From: Chlorokybus atmophyticus
Taxonomy: Eukaryota > Plantae > Mesostigma and Chlorokybus algae
Assembly (NCBI GenBank): GCA_009103225.1
Contig: RHPI01001715.1
Span: forward strand, 1,326,237 to 1,334,212
Direction of reading: 5' to 3'
Length of the DNA: 7,976 nucleotides
Part shown: positions 7,577 to 7,976 of the stretch, piece after piece
Position numbering within the stretch: position 1 is the stretch's first letter
Layout of the letters: each line of letters opens with the position of its first letter
Made by a program: the position numbers and the translations under genes
Notes under the pieces: model-generated
The model's database searches: none
What the model was told of the DNA's origin: nothing
The model's input: the letters and a program-made list of their open reading frames with translations, nothing else

Positions 7577-7732
7577 CTGAGGTAAGACGGTGATCAGCAC
7601 ATTGTTTGCAATGCTGAATGACAAGGTCATAGACCGCACAGCTCTCACAGATGCAGTCTATAACAGCAGGAGACAGTGTCTGGCAGAGCAAGTGATGTCT
7701 ATAGGCACGAGCCACAGGCTGCATATACTCAC
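7577..7732 (-). other. SET-gene intron A (156 nt, phase 0)
   Basis: GTGAGT ... CTGAT branch candidate ... CTTACCTCAG; joins two ORFs in frame. Confidence 0.8.
7626..7664 (-). repeat. 39-nt hairpin in intron A, same family
   Basis: Sense strand GTTATAGACTGCAT-(11 nt)-GTGCGGTCTATGAC: 14-bp stem fully paired if three G-U pairs are allowed. Confidence 0.8.
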
Positions 7733-7975
7733 ATGGTCTGTAGGTTGCTCGTCTGGAGGTGGAGGGAAGGGATCGTATTCCATGAGCAGCTCTTCCCCGG
7801 CGGCGATGTCACTCTGACTCCTAACCTCAGCTGCCTGCACCGCAGCCTCATCAACGGAGTCCATGATGTGGCAGTTGGGTTTGTACTGCGTATCGCGGCT
7901 GGAGTTGAGGAAGCCAGCTATGTTCCCATATCGAGGGTGGCCATCGATGACAGGGCTCTGGCGGCGTGGCACGTC
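7733..7975 (-). CDS. SET-domain exon (C-terminal half of SET; open at window edge) of a SET/coiled-coil protein
   Basis: GNIAGFLNSS..(K)PNC...SDIAAGEELLMEYD matches the SET signature 'GN.arfiNHS..PN...a.rdI..GEEL..dY' (NSS at 7906-7898, GEELLMEY at 7798-7775). Donor CAT|GTGAGT at 7733/7732, phase 0. Confidence 0.8.
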
Positions 7976-7976
7976 C

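Overview
Eukaryotic genomic DNA with spliceosomal GT-AG introns; the raw ORF track splits what are two convergent multi-exon genes. (1) + strand, 5'-truncated: a CACTA/EnSpm-type (CMC group, Tnp2/Transposase_21-like) DDE transposase, join(<2..263, 520..1876 or 1909, 2229..~2947, uncertain end at 3143 or 3195), about 780 aa visible. It carries the GDxPA, CxxC, DxxH and WxFxxER motifs and a C-terminal extension containing a Tudor/Agenet-like segment. (2) - strand, 5'-truncated: join(>7975..7733, 7576..7376, 7298..7134, 7062..6004, 5877..3232), 1437 aa visible. It encodes the C-terminal half of a SET domain, then helical and low-complexity linkers, a ~700-aa repetitive coiled coil, an orphan ~175-aa domain and a poly-Pro tail. 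The two stop codons lie only 36-88 bp apart. Introns of both genes carry members of one palindromic family (consensus arm ~GTCATAGRCYGCACTG) whose G-U wobbles mostly fall on each gene's own transcribed strand; in transposase intron 2 it is amplified into a 57-bp tandem array. No element termini are in the window, so the idea that the SET gene is transposon cargo (a reader/writer chromatin module) is a hypothesis. The host cannot be named from sequence; the frequent YGCAG acceptors are compatible with a green alga, but this is weak.
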